The position numbers and the translations under genes are program-made. Below the pieces are notes generated by a model that did no database searches, had not been told where the DNA came from, and saw only the letters and a program-made list of their open reading frames with translations. From Octopus vulgaris (taxonomy: Eukaryota), in the NCBI GenBank assembly GCA_951406725.2, contig OX597827.1:77128001-77192000 (forward strand): 64,000 nt of DNA. The letters run 5' to 3'. Shown piece by piece: positions 1 through 12,263 of the stretch (position 1 is its first letter; the number at the start of each line of letters is the position of its first letter).

Positions 1-619
1 AACTTAGCAGTTTGGCAAAAGAGATCAATAGAATATGTCATAGACTTAAAAAGAATAAGTCCTTGGGTTGATTTGTTTGACTAAAACACTTCGAGGCAGT
101 GCTCCAGCATGGCTGCAGTCAAATGACTGAAACAAGTCAAAGAATATGTGTGTGTGTGTCTTTGTGTTTGTTCCTACCACTGCTTGACAGCCAGTGTTGG
201 TTTCTTTATGGTCCCCATAACTTAGCAGCTCAGCAAAGAGGGGACTGATAGAATAAATACCAGACTTCAAAGAAAAAGATATACCTATGTACTGGAGTTG
301 ATTTGTACAACCAAGCCTTTCAGTGCAGTGCTCCAGCATGGCCACTATCCCGTATCTGAAACCAGTAAAAGACAGAAAATTGTTCAGTGTTAATGCTGGT
401 GTTGTTGACCCCTATGCTGTCCCTGACCCAGCAGACTGTGACTCAAGGTGTTCTAGCTATGACCATCACATCTATTAAGGTGCAATGTGCATAGGCCAAC
501 ATTATCCAGCATTATTGTTGTTGTTTAACCCCAGGCCAACCCTGATCCAGTTGCTCTTTCTAGTAAAGATGGTTAGTCAAACAGTTGGGAGATCCACAGA
601 TTTATATATTTTTTTACAT

Positions 620-943
620 GGCCTGGTTTTCCATCAGTTACGATGATGAGGATTCCAGTTGATACAATCAATGGGACAGCTTGCTTGCGAAATTAATGTG
701 GAAGTGACTGAGTACTCCACAGACACATGTACCCTTAACGTAGTTCTCGGGGAGATTCAGTGTGACATAGAGTGTGACAAGGCTTCCCCCTTTGAAACAC
801 AGGTACTACTCGTCTTTGCCAGTTGAGTGGACTAGAGCAATGTGAAATAAATCGTCTTGCTCAAGGATACAACTAGCTGCTGGGAATTGAACTCATGACC
901 TTCCAGTTGTGAGCCACATACCCTAACCACTAAGCCATGTGCC
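620..943 (-). mobile_element. SINE family D (tRNA head, CORE-like ccttgagcaagac)
   Basis: Minus strand tggcttagtggttaggg A box and gagttcaattcc B box; relatives at 54520-54720, 59905-60090, 60230-60335, 60480-60710. Confidence 0.75.
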
Positions 944-1540
944 TTTATATATACATACATACATATATATGTGTGTGTGTGTCTGTGTGTTTAGGCGTGG
1001 CTGTATGGTTAAGAATTTCACATCAGTACATGTAGTTCCTGGTTCAACCCCACTCCAGAGCACCTTGCCCTTTACTATCTGAAGCCTTGTGAGCGGATTT
1101 CGTAGACGGAAACTGTGTTGAAGCCTGTCATGTGTGTAGCTCTGGATCATGATTTCTACGCTTTTCAGGAGCATGGAACCACCTCTGAAAGCTCTACTTT
1201 GACTCTGAAGAGTAACATCTGTCTGGGTCTAAGCTATGGGTTAAATAACATGTGATGACAATCCCTGTGAGTAGAGGGACACAGAAATATCCCCGATTGG
1301 TGCCAGAGTACATAGAACCACTGGGAGTGAGGTGCTAACTGTTATCACAGCTTCCTTCTATAAGTGAGGTACTCTAATGTCAACTAGGGTTTTTGTGTGA
1401 TTACTGGGCATCTTGCTTCTGTCTGTTGCTAAGTACTAATTATGTAATTTACTAAATTCACATTTAATTGTATTAGTGGATTGACAGTATATCTATGTAA
1501 ATTTGGAGAATCTTGTCTCTCACAATATCAAATTATTTCT

Positions 1541-2170
1541 AAGGTAGCAAGCTGGCAGAAACATTAGCACACTGTACAAAATGCTTAGTGGTATTTCATC
1601 TGTCTTTACGTTCTGAGTTCAAATTCCGCCAAGGTCGACTTTGCCTTTCGTCCTTTCGGGGTCAATGAATTAAGTACCAGTTATGTACTGAGGTCGATCT
1701 AATTGACTGGCCACCTCCCACAAAATTCAGACCTTGTGCCTACAGTAGAAACGAATATTTTTTTCTTCAAGGGCAGCAAGCCGGCAGAAACATTAGCACA
1801 CCGAGCGAAATGCTTAGTGGTATTTCGTCTGCCGCTACGTTCTGAGTTCAAATTCCGTCGAGGTCGACGTTGCCTTTCTTCCTTTCAGGGTCGATTAAAT
1901 AAGTACCAGTTATGCACTGGGGTCGATATAATCGACTTAATCCATTTGTCTGTCCTTGTTTGTCCTCTGTGTTTAGCCCCTTGTGGGTAGTAAAGAAATG
2001 GGTATTTTGTGTCTTTATGTTCTGAGTTCAAATTACGGTGAGGTCGACTCTGCCTTTTATCCTTTCAGGGTCAGTAAATTAAGTACCACTTGCGTACTGG
2101 TACTAATCAACTTCGCCCCCCCCCCCCGCCCAAAAAAATTTCAGGCCTTGTGCCTAAAGTGGAAAAGAAT
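1541..2170 (+). mobile_element. Cluster of SINE family B copies (monomer plus heterodimer)
   Basis: Three ctgagttcaaatt..ggtcgac..cctttc.gggtc..taagtacca cores. Confidence 0.8.
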
Positions 2171-2560
2171 ATCAAAACATTTCTCATGGCATCAGCAGAT
2201 AAAATGGAAAAGGAGGATAGCAGAGGAGATGTGCTGGAACAGCCACTCCGACACACAGGGATGGCATTTGTGGACAGCAATCCCTGCCCTGATAGCAGTG
2301 ACAGAAATATGGTCCAAGGGCCAAGAATGCTGGAGGTCTCAACTGCCACAGGCTCAACTATAAACCTGTTGGAGAGCAACCGATATCATGACAGTTTGTT
2401 TTTCTCAACCTGATGAGCAGCAGAGCCTGGGCCCGTAGCTGACAACAAGTTTCCACTGGAGAACGTGTCACACAGCACGTGGCATCCCAGATGAGGGCTC
2501 TGCTGCCACAGGATGGGAAAATTGTCATATTGTCTGGCATTCTACCATCCCCTCAGTTTA
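2170..2560 (+). mobile_element. Possible highly decayed Gypsy integrase fragment
   Basis: Frameshifted segments (HFSW, LIAVTEIWSK, TATGSTINLLE, AFYHP) fall in the order expected for an rve integrase; similarity is weak. Confidence 0.3.
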
Positions 2561-3392
2561 GCCCCACTGGCATGAAATGGGAAGGGAAACCTGCAACACT
2601 TAGGCCCAGTTTTATGTACTAATTATGGAGACCCAAACAGTGGTACTTCAACAGATGTTTATCACCAGAATCCAGCATTTGACAATATACAGGCTAAAAG
2701 TACAAAGTCCAGCATCTAAGCCCTTAGTAATTGGGTGTGTTAACTTTTTTTTTCGCAAAAGAATGAAGGTAGGTGGTGAGTTTAGGTTGGTCCTGTCTTT
2801 GTATGCTGTTGATGTTGTTGTTGTTATTTAAGGTATTTCGTGTTTTCACTTGTAAGGTTGACCTGTATATTGTCAAAGCAAAAATGATTAAATCCCATAC
2901 CAGCAAAAGCAACAAAAATAATGTCACAGCTTGTGTCTAACTAATGAGCGAGAAACACCTACAGGCTTGTTTACAAAGTTCTCCATGCATCAATAAATCC
3001 TAAGCAATAAACCACATATTTAATCAATAAAAAAAAGTGTTTCCAAAACACCCTCTCCATAAAAACCAAATTACCACCCACTCAGACCTTCACACCCAAA
3101 GATGATCATTAACTGAACAGAGACTGTATATAAAGTCCTATCTAACTCCAATGCATCGCAGTCCGCTAATGGCTTAGCTGGCTGAAACTTCAGAGTCACT
3201 GTCAACAACATCCCTGTATATGAATAATATATATATATTAATATTATCATCATCATTTAAAGTCTGCTTTCCATTTATTATTCGATACCACTGTCACATA
3301 ACTGGCACCTGTGCCGGTGACACGTAAAAGCACCCATTACACTCTCAGAGTGGTTGGTGTTAGGAAGGGCATCCAGCTGTAGAAACCATACC

Positions 3393-3625
3393 TATTTCTT
3401 TATTACCCACAAGGGGCTAAACATAGAGGGGACAAACAAGGACAGACATAGGTATTATGTCGATTACATCGACCCCAGTGCGTAACTGGTACTTAATTTA
3501 TCGACCCCGAAAGGATGAAAGACAAAGTCGACCTCGGCGGAATTTGAACTCACAACGTAACGGCCTACGAAGTACCGCAAAGCATTTCGCCCAGTGTGCT
3601 AACGCTTCTGCTAGCTCGCCGCCTT
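3393..3625 (-). mobile_element. SINE family B monomer with 13-bp TSD, nested in a family C SINE
   Basis: ggcggcgagctagcagaa head, gagttcaaattc B box, ccccttgtgggtaataaagaaata tail; TSD tagaaaccatacc at 3380-3392 and 3626-3638. Confidence 0.9.
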
Positions 3626-4980
3626 TAGAAACCATACCAAATCAGACTGGAACATGGTATGACCCTCCAGCTCAACAGTTTTGGTCAAATTCTCTAACCC
3701 ATGCCAGCATGGAGAGTAGATGTTAAATGATGATGATGTGTTTGTTAACCACATTAAAAAAAAGTTATTTTCCTTTATTTTGATTTTACAAACATCTTTT
3801 CTTCTATTTCAGATTGAAAACAGCTAAACTTATATTTAAACTTCACCGAGCTCCTTCACAACCAAACAGATTTTTGTATTCGCATATACACCCTGCATAG
3901 ACTCTTTGGATTAAGGTGTTTTTATATGTGTATATATATACATATACATATACATCCTACATTTTACCCTTTGAGAGAAAAGGAGTTTTTTTTTCCCTCC
4001 CTCAGGATTTTTCTGTTGGAAAGCCTCCTTACAGATTAGTTGAGACCCTTCAGGAAGAGAAACTGTGAATCTACACCTGCTTCCTGACACATACATCTTT
4101 ATACATACATATATACATATTGATTTATAGGACATATTGTGTTGTGTGTCTATATATATATAGACAATTATAGATGTTATATGCAGACATATATATACAC
4201 ATCTATACATACAGATTTTTACATGAAAGACAGTCTCACTCTGTGACCCCAAGAATTCTCACATAGTGCCATCAGATACAGGTTTGTCCAACTCACTTGA
4301 TTATCATAGGTATTGCCCTTGAATCTACACACACACACACACACATGTATATATATTGTGAATGGTGATACTGTACTGACTGATTTTTTTTCCAATACTT
4401 GAAGAATTCAGAATTGTCTGAAGTGGTTCAACTTTTATTCCACGAGTGTTCTGGTGTCGCCGAGGCACGTGACGATTTATAGATGCTCCACAGTGATTAA
4501 GAAACCCCGATTCTTCAATCATTAATCACAGATCACTAAATTATCATATTATCATTAACATCATCATCATTATTGATACTGGTGATCAACAACATACGGA
4601 CAACAGTAATTAAAAGCAAATAACTTTCCAAGAATTTAATCCGACATTGAACTGCCATTTCCTAAGATAATCTATAAATATCTTGGTTCAGTGAAAATTC
4701 TTGAGTTGGATTTCGGATGTTAAAATCCGAACAACAAGGGAAGAGGAATTGGAAATTGTCTTATTATTGTCTACCATTTTCTTGTTCTTCGTTGTTTAAA
4801 GACAAAACTAAAGTAAAAAAAGACATCATCCATGTTTACAAGATGTCGTTTCCCAAGAATCGTTAACTAATTACAACTGGGTCTGTTCTTGAATTACACC
4901 TTGACATGGCTGTGTGCAGCCGTTAGACTCAACTACATCTGTTGTCTTTCCTGTATGCATTAGATAGATCAGGAGTTGAG

Positions 4981-6147
4981 ATGGAGGGAAACAGTTGCAA
5001 TCATATTGGCCATCATCACCACAATCACCATCACCACAACCATCACCATGGTCACACTCTTCACAACAGCAGCAGCAGTAATCAACAAGCTGTCGTGCTG
5101 GCTGCTGCTAATTTAGCAGGGGACGGTAGCATGGCGCTGTCGGTGGCACCGGGGGGTGCGACGTCCGACAAGCAGTACAAGTGCGACATCTGCGGCAAGT
5201 GTCTGTCGCGAAGGGACCACTTGAAGCTCCACAAGCGGATCCACACCGGTGAGCGCCCTTTCAAGTGTCAGATCTGCGGCTGCGCGTTCTATCGCAGCGA
5301 CCACCTGGCGCGGCACCGGGGCACGCATCAGCTGGAGAAGCGGTTCAGCTGCGAGATCTGCCGCAAGACGTTTGTGCACCGGTCGTACCTGAAGGTGCAC
5401 CAGAGGATCCACACGGGCGAGCGGCCGTTCCGGTGCCAGATCTGCGGGTTCGCCTTCTCCCGGAAAGACCACCTTGTCAAACACAATCGGCCGAACAAGA
5501 ACGGCATCAAAATAAGCTGCGTGCCGCTACGCAACAACAGCAACAACAACAACAACAACAACGGAAGTAATAATGTTACCCTGGCAACAACAACATCAAT
5601 CACAACAGAAGCCTCCCCAACACCAATCAGCAGCAGTAACATCAACAGCAGTAGTACTGGTGGTGGTGGTGGTGGTGGTAGTAGTAGTAGTAATAGTAGT
5701 AGCAGTAGTAGTAGTAGTAGTAGTTCTTCAAATACCAATAATAAACCTAACAAAGATAAACAGACTAGCCCCACTACCGTTGCCGCTAACAGCTCTGGGG
5801 TGAATACCAGTTGTGCTGTCAGTGTCAATACATCACAGCATGCAGTGGTTGCTAGCCAACAAGCAAGTGCCTCGGTTGTCGACATCTCGAGCCAACCACA
5901 GCACTCAGGGGTGAACGTTAGTCACCACCTCAACTCGAACGTGGTAGCGAGCACTCAAGCCGCCTCCTACCCGGCCGGCACCCAGGTCTACCCGCTCTAC
6001 ACCCAGATGAATCCTGTCACACATATCTTTCCGAGCACGATACAGATATCGCCGGCGACCACGCAGATCTTCCCTACCATTCAAATGTACCAAGGAGCCG
6101 TCACCGTCTCTGCCCCAGCGGCAGCACAGCTTTATCAGACGAAATAA
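4981..6147 (+). CDS. C2H2 zinc-finger protein (about 388 aa): N-terminal poly-His, 3 canonical fingers plus 1 atypical finger, poly-Asn/Ser/Gly tracts, Gln/Thr/Pro-rich tail
   Basis: CxxC-x12-HxxxH motifs with TGERP linkers ([23 protein letters not shown] etc.); CpG/GC3-rich codons against an AT-rich background; first ATG at 4981 follows a pyrimidine-rich stretch ending in TAG (possible acceptor at about 4963-4967); stop TAA at 6145-6147. Confidence 0.92.
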   Translation: MEGNSCNHIGHHHHNHHHHNHHHGHTLHNSSSSNQQAVVLAAANLAGDGSMALSVAPGGATSDKQYKCDICGKCLSRRDHLKLHKRIHTGERPFKCQICGCAFYRSDHLARHRGTHQLEKRFSCEICRKTFVHRSYLKVHQRIHTGERPFRCQICGFAFSRKDHLVKHNRPNKNGIKISCVPLRNNSNNNNNNNGSNNVTLATTTSITTEASPTPISSSNINSSSTGGGGGGGSSSSNSSSSSSSSSSSSNTNNKPNKDKQTSPTTVAANSSGVNTSCAVSVNTSQHAVVASQQASASVVDISSQPQHSGVNVSHHLNSNVVASTQAASYPAGTQVYPLYTQMNPVTHIFPSTIQISPATTQIFPTIQMYQGAVTVSAPAAAQLYQTK

Positions 6148-6589
6148 AATAAAAAAAAAATAAAAAAACAGACAGACAGAGAAAACAATGAAATTTTAAA
6201 CCCGAGGAAATTTTCCAAAAAAAATAAACAAAACAAAAAAAAAAAAAGAAACGAAAAATTGTAAAAACTGAAATATAAAACAACAAACTTGGAAATGAAA
6301 TTTGAAAAACAAAAAAAAATTGAATAAAAATTTTCCAATTTTAAACGGAAAATGGAGAAATTAAATATGGTTCGTTGTGTTGAATTAAAAAGAAAATCGA
6401 TAAGACCCTAATTATTGAAGTGTGACAAGGTTTTGTCACAAACCCTTTAAATAAACAGCCCTCTACACACACACTCACACCCCTACTCGGCACGCACACT
6501 CTCTGAACTGTTCCCATTGTCTGCAAACTGTAGATGTTGAAATGGATTTGCACCATTTCAATAGGCTACGAATTTACAACCTCAACAAA

Positions 6590-7140
6590 CTAGACTCTCA
6601 TATTCCTTTCTGACAATGTGACTCTGACAGTGTGACCCTCATACTCGAGTCCGACAGTGTGACTCTCATACTCTAGTCCGACAATGTGACTCTCATACTC
6701 CACTCCAACAGAGTGACTCTTATACTCCACTCCAAGTGTGACTCTCATACTCCACTCCAACAGTGTGACTCATACTCCACTCTGACAGTATGACTCTCAT
6801 ACTCCACTCCAACAGTCTGATTCTCATACTCCACTCCAACTGTGTGACTCTCATACTCCACTCTGACAGTATGACTCTCATACTCCACTCCAACAGTCTG
6901 ATTCTCATACTCCACTCCAACTGTGTGACTCTCATACTCCACTCCAACAGTGTGGCTCATACTCCACTCCAACAGTGTGGCTCATACTCCACTCCAACAG
7001 TATGACTCTCATACTCCACTCCAACAGTGACTCATACTCCACTCCAACAGTGTGACTCATATTCAACTCCAACAATTTGATTCTCATACTCGACTCTGAC
7101 AGTGTGACTCTCATACACCACTCTTAGACAGTGTGACTCC
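6590..7140. repeat. 27-bp minisatellite (about 20 units) downstream of the + strand ZNF stop
   Basis: Unit ctctcatactccactccaacagtgtga with 25-bp variants and an 81-bp higher-order duplication. Confidence 0.95.
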
Positions 7141-7458
7141 CAGTCAGCAGCAATAGGTGTCTGCTTCCAAAACATTGTTACATCAGTCAATTCTGTTGAT
7201 GTTGGTTTGGTATCAGATGTTGGGGGAGGAGAGATGGGAGAAAGAGAGGGAAAGAGGGAAAGAGGGGGGGCGGCTAATGGTAGTTCCATGGTTCACAAAA
7301 CTTTGCTAATTTTGTCAATATGTCTTTTGTGAGAAAACAAAAGTTCTGTTCTACAATTCACCACTTCTGCTAAACATACAGAGACAGATATAGTTTAAGG
7401 CGGTGCCCCTGCATGGCCACGGTCTATTGACTGAAATAAGTAAAGGATACAAAATATA

Positions 7459-7541
<83 letters not shown>

Positions 7542-7569
7542 GATGATATATATATATATATGATGATGA

Positions 7570-7606
<37 letters not shown>

Positions 7607-8384
7607 GTGTAGGAGGATAAAAAGGCCAGGGTGTTGATCCGCTAAAAACTAATTAACATATTGCAAACAGTCTTCTCATTCCCCACCCCCCTGCTAAATG
7701 CTACCTCCCTCCCTCCTTCCCTCCCCTCTCTCTCGTGGATGTCACTCAACTTCTGGGGTCAGTCCTTGCACACTCTTAAAAAAAACCTGCTCTAGCCTGG
7801 TCACAGATGGGCTGTGAATGACAAAGACTGGATTTTGTTATTTTTTCTTTTTTAATCAACCAGGCTTTTGTTTCTCTAGTTTTATATTATTACTATGTAT
7901 ACATAAGGATGGGGGTCTTTTTTTTTTCTTCTTCTCTTTCTCGCCATTATTTCGGGTGAGGGGGGCAGTCAATGGATAATGCAAGGGTGTGTGGAGCCAA
8001 TGGACATGAGTCGGGTCGGGGTTAGATACTGGACAATATGAAATGACTGCTAGGTTTTATTTTATTTTATTTTTTAATGGCAAAAATAAATAATTTGAAA
8101 AAGAGAAAAAAAATACCCATTTGCTGTTTGTACCTGAATTTCCTGTTGTATATATTTTATATATGTCTCCTCCTCTTCTTCCTTTTGCTTATTTTTCTAT
8201 CCTTGCATGTCTTAGAGAAGCCATCTTGACCACATCGTACCACGTTACAGGCCTTCATCAGCTTCTTAATGCTGTCCAACCTTCTCCACTTCTTTACCCT
8301 AACTGTCCCCTTTCATATTCATCTTACATTCCCATTCAGATGTCTTGTCTTGCAAGGTACTTGGACCTTGTTGGTGCCACATGA

Positions 8385-8760
8385 AAAGCACTAGTGATGG
8401 TACCACCTAAAAAAACTCTAGTGATGGTACCTCATAAAAACCACTGGTAGTGGTACCACCTAAAAAGTACTAGTGATGGTACCATCTAAAAACCGCTGGT
8501 GATGGTACCACATAAAAGCTATTGGTGATGGTACCTCATAAAAACCACTGGTGATGGTACTACATAAAAACTACTGGTGATGGTACCACAAAAACTATTA
8601 GTGATGGTACCACATAAAAACCACTGATGATGGTACCACATAAAAACCACTGATGATGGTACCACATAAAAACCACTAGTGGTGATGCCACATAAAAACC
8701 AGATGATGGTGTCGCATCAAAATCACTGGTGATGGTGCCGCATAAAAAGTGGTGGTGCTG
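8385..8760. repeat. About 27-bp minisatellite (about 13 units) expanded inside a family C SINE
   Basis: Unit actggtgatggtaccacataaaaacc; flanked by family C sequence. Confidence 0.9.
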
Positions 8761-8989
8761 GGGCCACATAGAAAGCACCCAGTACACTCTAAAGTGGTTG
8801 GCATTAGAAAGGGCATCCTGCTGTAGGAACCTCGCCAAAACAATAGACCCTAGAGTGGCTCTCATCCTTACCAGCTCCTGTCAGACTCTCCAAACCATGC
8901 CAGCATGGGGAATGGACATTGCAAAAAAAAAAAAAAAAAAACTTGTTGAACCATACCAACACAATCTTCTCTCATGTATGGTATTATAT

Positions 8990-10075
8990 CTGATTTCTTT
9001 CGTACCAAGCTTGTTTTTCTTTCTTATTTGTCTTCCATCATTCATCCACCAGAGCAACCTTCTTCATCTTCTGTATCTTAATGTCCAAACTTTGTCTTAA
9101 TACAGCATCACGCATCATACGATCTGTTCTTCATTTTAAGAAAGGATTTCCCTTGTTACCAGCAGAACTAAATAACTGCCTGAACTTTCTGAAACCCATC
9201 TTCTACTCTGCTTTTTTGAGGTTACCAAGGTTAGTTAGTTAGTTAATTTTTTGGCTCAAAAAGCAAAAAGCAAGGCCATGTAGGGGGACATGGAATTATG
9301 TACAGGGTGGTGTTCATGTAAAGAGTTCAGGCCACTTGTGGTCAAGGGAGACTTTGAACCAAGCGATCGTCGGCATCTTCATCTCGTCTGGCAGCTTATT
9401 CCACGGATCCGCAATCCGGACGGAGAAAGCCCCTCTCCTTCGATTGAGATGAAATCGTCGCAGATAGAGCTTTTCGGAGTGACCCCTCAGCCGACGCTCT
9501 GGAGCAGGAGTGGAGAACAGCTCTTTCGAGAGGCTACACTTTCCGCTTATGATGTTGTGAGCAAGAATGAGATCACCACGGCGTCGAACGGAAACTACGT
9601 TACGATCTCCCAACAGATGAAGTAATTTAAAATACGGGTGCTCCTACTGACATCTACCCCTGTACATCTGCTGCATACAAAGTCCCGCTTCTCTGTTAGA
9701 TTTACCTGTGATTCCTACAGTTTCCATTAAGCACTCGGGTATAAAAGTCCCACTGAAATTGTTTCTGTAGATTGAACATGACCGATTCCCAGAGAGCCAT
9801 GAAGTTTTTTATTGTCCTTGTTAAATCTTGTCTTTTCTTTCCTAGATTTACTGTTGGACTTTTATTGTAGACCCTGCTGCCATTTCTTAAAGGACTTCAT
9901 CTCTACATCTTTGACCAACTCAGCTACAACTACCAGGCGTTGATATATAAGAATTCTCAAAGACAGCCAGTCTTGAAGTTCTCTGTCATGACTTGAAGAA
10001 CTACATCAAATGACAGGGGACTGAGAACTGAACTCCCTTTATAGACCTCATTTCTAGCTTCCTCTTTACTGTTAG
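8990..10075 (-). mobile_element. Decayed RTE-clade LINE reverse-transcriptase remnant, interrupted by the CR1-like insertion
   Basis: Minus strand 9880-10040 translates with stops and frameshifts to SVLSPLSFDVVLQVMTENFKTGCL*EFLY, similar to the RTE motif GSVLSPLLF..FRTGCPWELLYADD. Confidence 0.6.
9230..9640 (-). mobile_element. 5'-truncated CR1/L2-like LINE 3' end with (TAAC)n tail
   Basis: ORF 9314-9613 encodes RLRGHSEKL..RRGAFSVRI..WNKLP..FKVSLD, typical of the CR1-group ORF2 C-terminus; ends in ttaactaactaac on the minus strand. Confidence 0.8.
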
Positions 10076-10286
10076 CACCCCTGTACATGCTTGGTCAACT
10101 CTCAAAAGCCTTTCATATACACCAGCGCTTCTCAAACATTTTGGGCCACCGTGCTCCCCTCATGGCCACATAATTCCCTCAGCGCCCCCTCCCCTATTTT
10201 TATGTATAGATAAATATTTTATATTTTACTAATTTATATATACTATGAATCATTTGATATTTAATATAATATTATATAATTTGTAT

Positions 10287-10662
10287 TGGCTGTGTGGTAA
10301 GTAGCCTGCTTATCAACCACATGGTTCTGGGTTCAGTACCACTGCATGGCACCTAGTGCAAGTGTCTTCTACTATAGCCTCAGGCCAACCAAAGCCTTGT
10401 GAATGGATTTGGTAGACGGAAACTGAAAGAAGCCAGTTGTATATATGTGTATATATGTATGTTTGTGTCTGTTTGTCCCCCCCCCAACATCGCTTGACAA
10501 CCAATGCTGGTGTGTTTATGTCCCCGTAACTTAGCGGTTCAGCGAAAGAGACGGATAGAATATGTACTAGGTTTACAAAGAGTAAGTCCTGGGGTCAATT
10601 TGCTCGACTAATGGTGGTGCTCCAGCATGGCCGCAATCAAATGATTGAAACAAGTAAAAGAG
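10287..10662 (+). mobile_element. SINE family A (tRNA head, CORE-like cctNNNgcaagt, internal TA/CA microsatellite); representative of at least 15 copies
   Basis: ggctgtgtggtaag A box, gggttcagt B box; copies at 1-380, 993-1140, 12830-13220, 23215-23560, 23725-24085, 29690-30036, 37831-38245, 43625-43932, 47040-47228, 47345-47732, 49275-49395, 49681-50041, 55797-56199, 63520-63925. Confidence 0.85.
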
Positions 10663-11289
10663 TAAGTGTTTATATCAACTTTTGACAACATAGGCATCCC
10701 ACATCCTTAATATTGACTTCTTACATAACCAAAAAGCTAAAATGTTGAAGGAGCAAGGAGTCAATTGTCACCACTGTCCCCAGTACACAGCTGGTACTTT
10801 ATCATTCCTAGAAATTTTGGATGGGTAGGAATGTGTATTTGATAAGTAATAAGGAACAAAATCTTTAAACTGTAAATTTTCTCTTCCTGATGATCCAGTA
10901 GACGATCTGTGATCAAAAGCATTCCACCCATGACCATCACCATTGTCCAGTATATTGTTCTCACTAATGACAATGTATAGCTTTGTAGTTAACATGTTCA
11001 GTTCACAATCACAATGTCAAAAGTTCAATTTCTGGACCAGGCACCCCACTTCACATTATGCCAGTCTACTCGGTTGCAAACGGTGTCCCCTCCAGTATCC
11101 AGGTGCACTTCCCTCTCCGGTCCTCCCCTTCTCGGCTGTCATATACTGGACGTGATGCTGGGCCAAAGAATGGGAAAAATCAGTCGAGAGGATGCCTATG
11201 TCTACTTTCAACAACAGGAACACCTTAAAACAGTTAATGAAAACGTAAGAAGACGTGTGTAACTGGCCCCCTTATGAGTACCCCTCATT

Positions 11290-11815
11290 CATTGGACAAT
11301 GAACTTTGCTTGCAAAGACCTATTGGGGCAAGTGTAAAATCAAAATCGCTGATGTGGCTGATGACAGTACCACCTGATTGGCACTCGTGCCAGTGGAGTG
11401 TTAATAGCATATCTGAGCGTGATTGTTGTCAGGGTCAGATTGGCTCCCATTGCCGGTGACACCTGAAAAGCATTTGAGAGTGATCGTTGCCTTACTGGCA
11501 TATGTTCCAGTGGCAAGTAAAAACCAACATTCGAGATTGTGGTTGTTACCAGTGCCACTAGATTGGCTCCAACACAGGCAGCATGTAAAAACACCTTTTG
11601 AATGTGGTCGCTACCAGAATCACCTAACTGGCCCTCGTTAAAAAGCACCCACTACACTCTCAGAGTGGTAGGTGTCAGGAAGGGCATCCAGCTGTTGAAA
11701 CTTGCCAGATCAGATTGAGCCTGGTGCAGCCGCTGGCTCACCAGTCCTCAGTCAAATCGTCCAACCCATGCCTGTGTGGAAAGCGGACATTAAAGGATGA
11801 TGATGATGATGATGA
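11290..11815 (+). mobile_element. SINE family C ((GAT)n-tailed, RTE-like 3' end) with internal tandem subrepeats; representative of more than 10 copies
   Basis: aaaagcacccactacactctc..ggaagggcatccagctgt..ccaacccatgc..gga..ttaaa(gat)n; copies at 3290-3738, 8340-8920, 11820-12040, 12270-12450, 46420-46640(-), 48540-48950, 50320-50500, 57960-58346, 63160-63433. Confidence 0.8.
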
Positions 11816-12147
11816 CATGTGAAGCTGAGTGAAATAGTAGTCATGGTCGGTGCAGGTGAGGTGACACGTAGAAGGCACCCACTACATTCCTACAGTCGTT
11901 GGCTTTAGAAAGGGCATCCAGCCTCAGAAACCAAGCCAAATCCAGCTGGAGTCATGTACAGCTCTTTGGCATACCACTCGCTGCCAGTCAAACCATCTAA
12001 CTCATGTCAGCAGAGAAAATGGATGCTAAATGATGACGACCACAAGGGTATATGTTACCAAGATGTTCTTGTTTGCAGGTGATGGCTGCTTTTAACCCTT
12101 CACTACTCAAGATTACTCCGTCAAATGTAAGGCTTATCTATTCACAT

Positions 12148-12263
12148 TTACGGCCATATCACGTTGAAAGCACCGGTTCTTGCCTGATCACCGAAGTTAA
12201 GCAACGTCGAGCCTAGTCAGTACTTAGATGGGTGACCGCTTGGGAAACCTAGGTGCAGTAAGC
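12148..12263 (+). pseudogene. Retroposed 5S rRNA copy, near full length
   Basis: ttacggccatatcacgttgaaagcaccggttct...gatcaccgaagttaagcaacgtcgagcc...agtacttagatgggtgaccgc...gtaagc matches metazoan 5S; no oligo-T terminator; CACATT duplicated on both sides; solitary copy inside a MITE. Confidence 0.9.

Noticed and set aside
4942-4980. Upstream extension of the ZNF ORF in the ORF track
   Set aside because: It starts at TTG in an acceptor-like pyrimidine tract; the first ATG is at 4981.
5113-5885. Antisense ORFs over the ZNF genes (also 17062-18882)
   Set aside because: Shadow frames of GC-rich and trinucleotide-repeat coding sequence.
6143-6340. A-rich run after the stop, suggesting a retrogene polyA tail
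   Set aside because: The A-rich sequence is long and interrupted like a 3' UTR, no TSD is visible, and single-exon CDSs are normal for C2H2 genes.
6590-7140. CRISPR-like array or MEWSMRV repeat protein
   Set aside because: Units are directly tandem with no unique spacers, there are no cas genes, and the ORFs are by-products of the 27-bp period.
11000-11260. GC-richer unique block as a coding exon
   Set aside because: No recognisable motif in the frames checked and no clear splice pair; probably an unidentified TE fragment.
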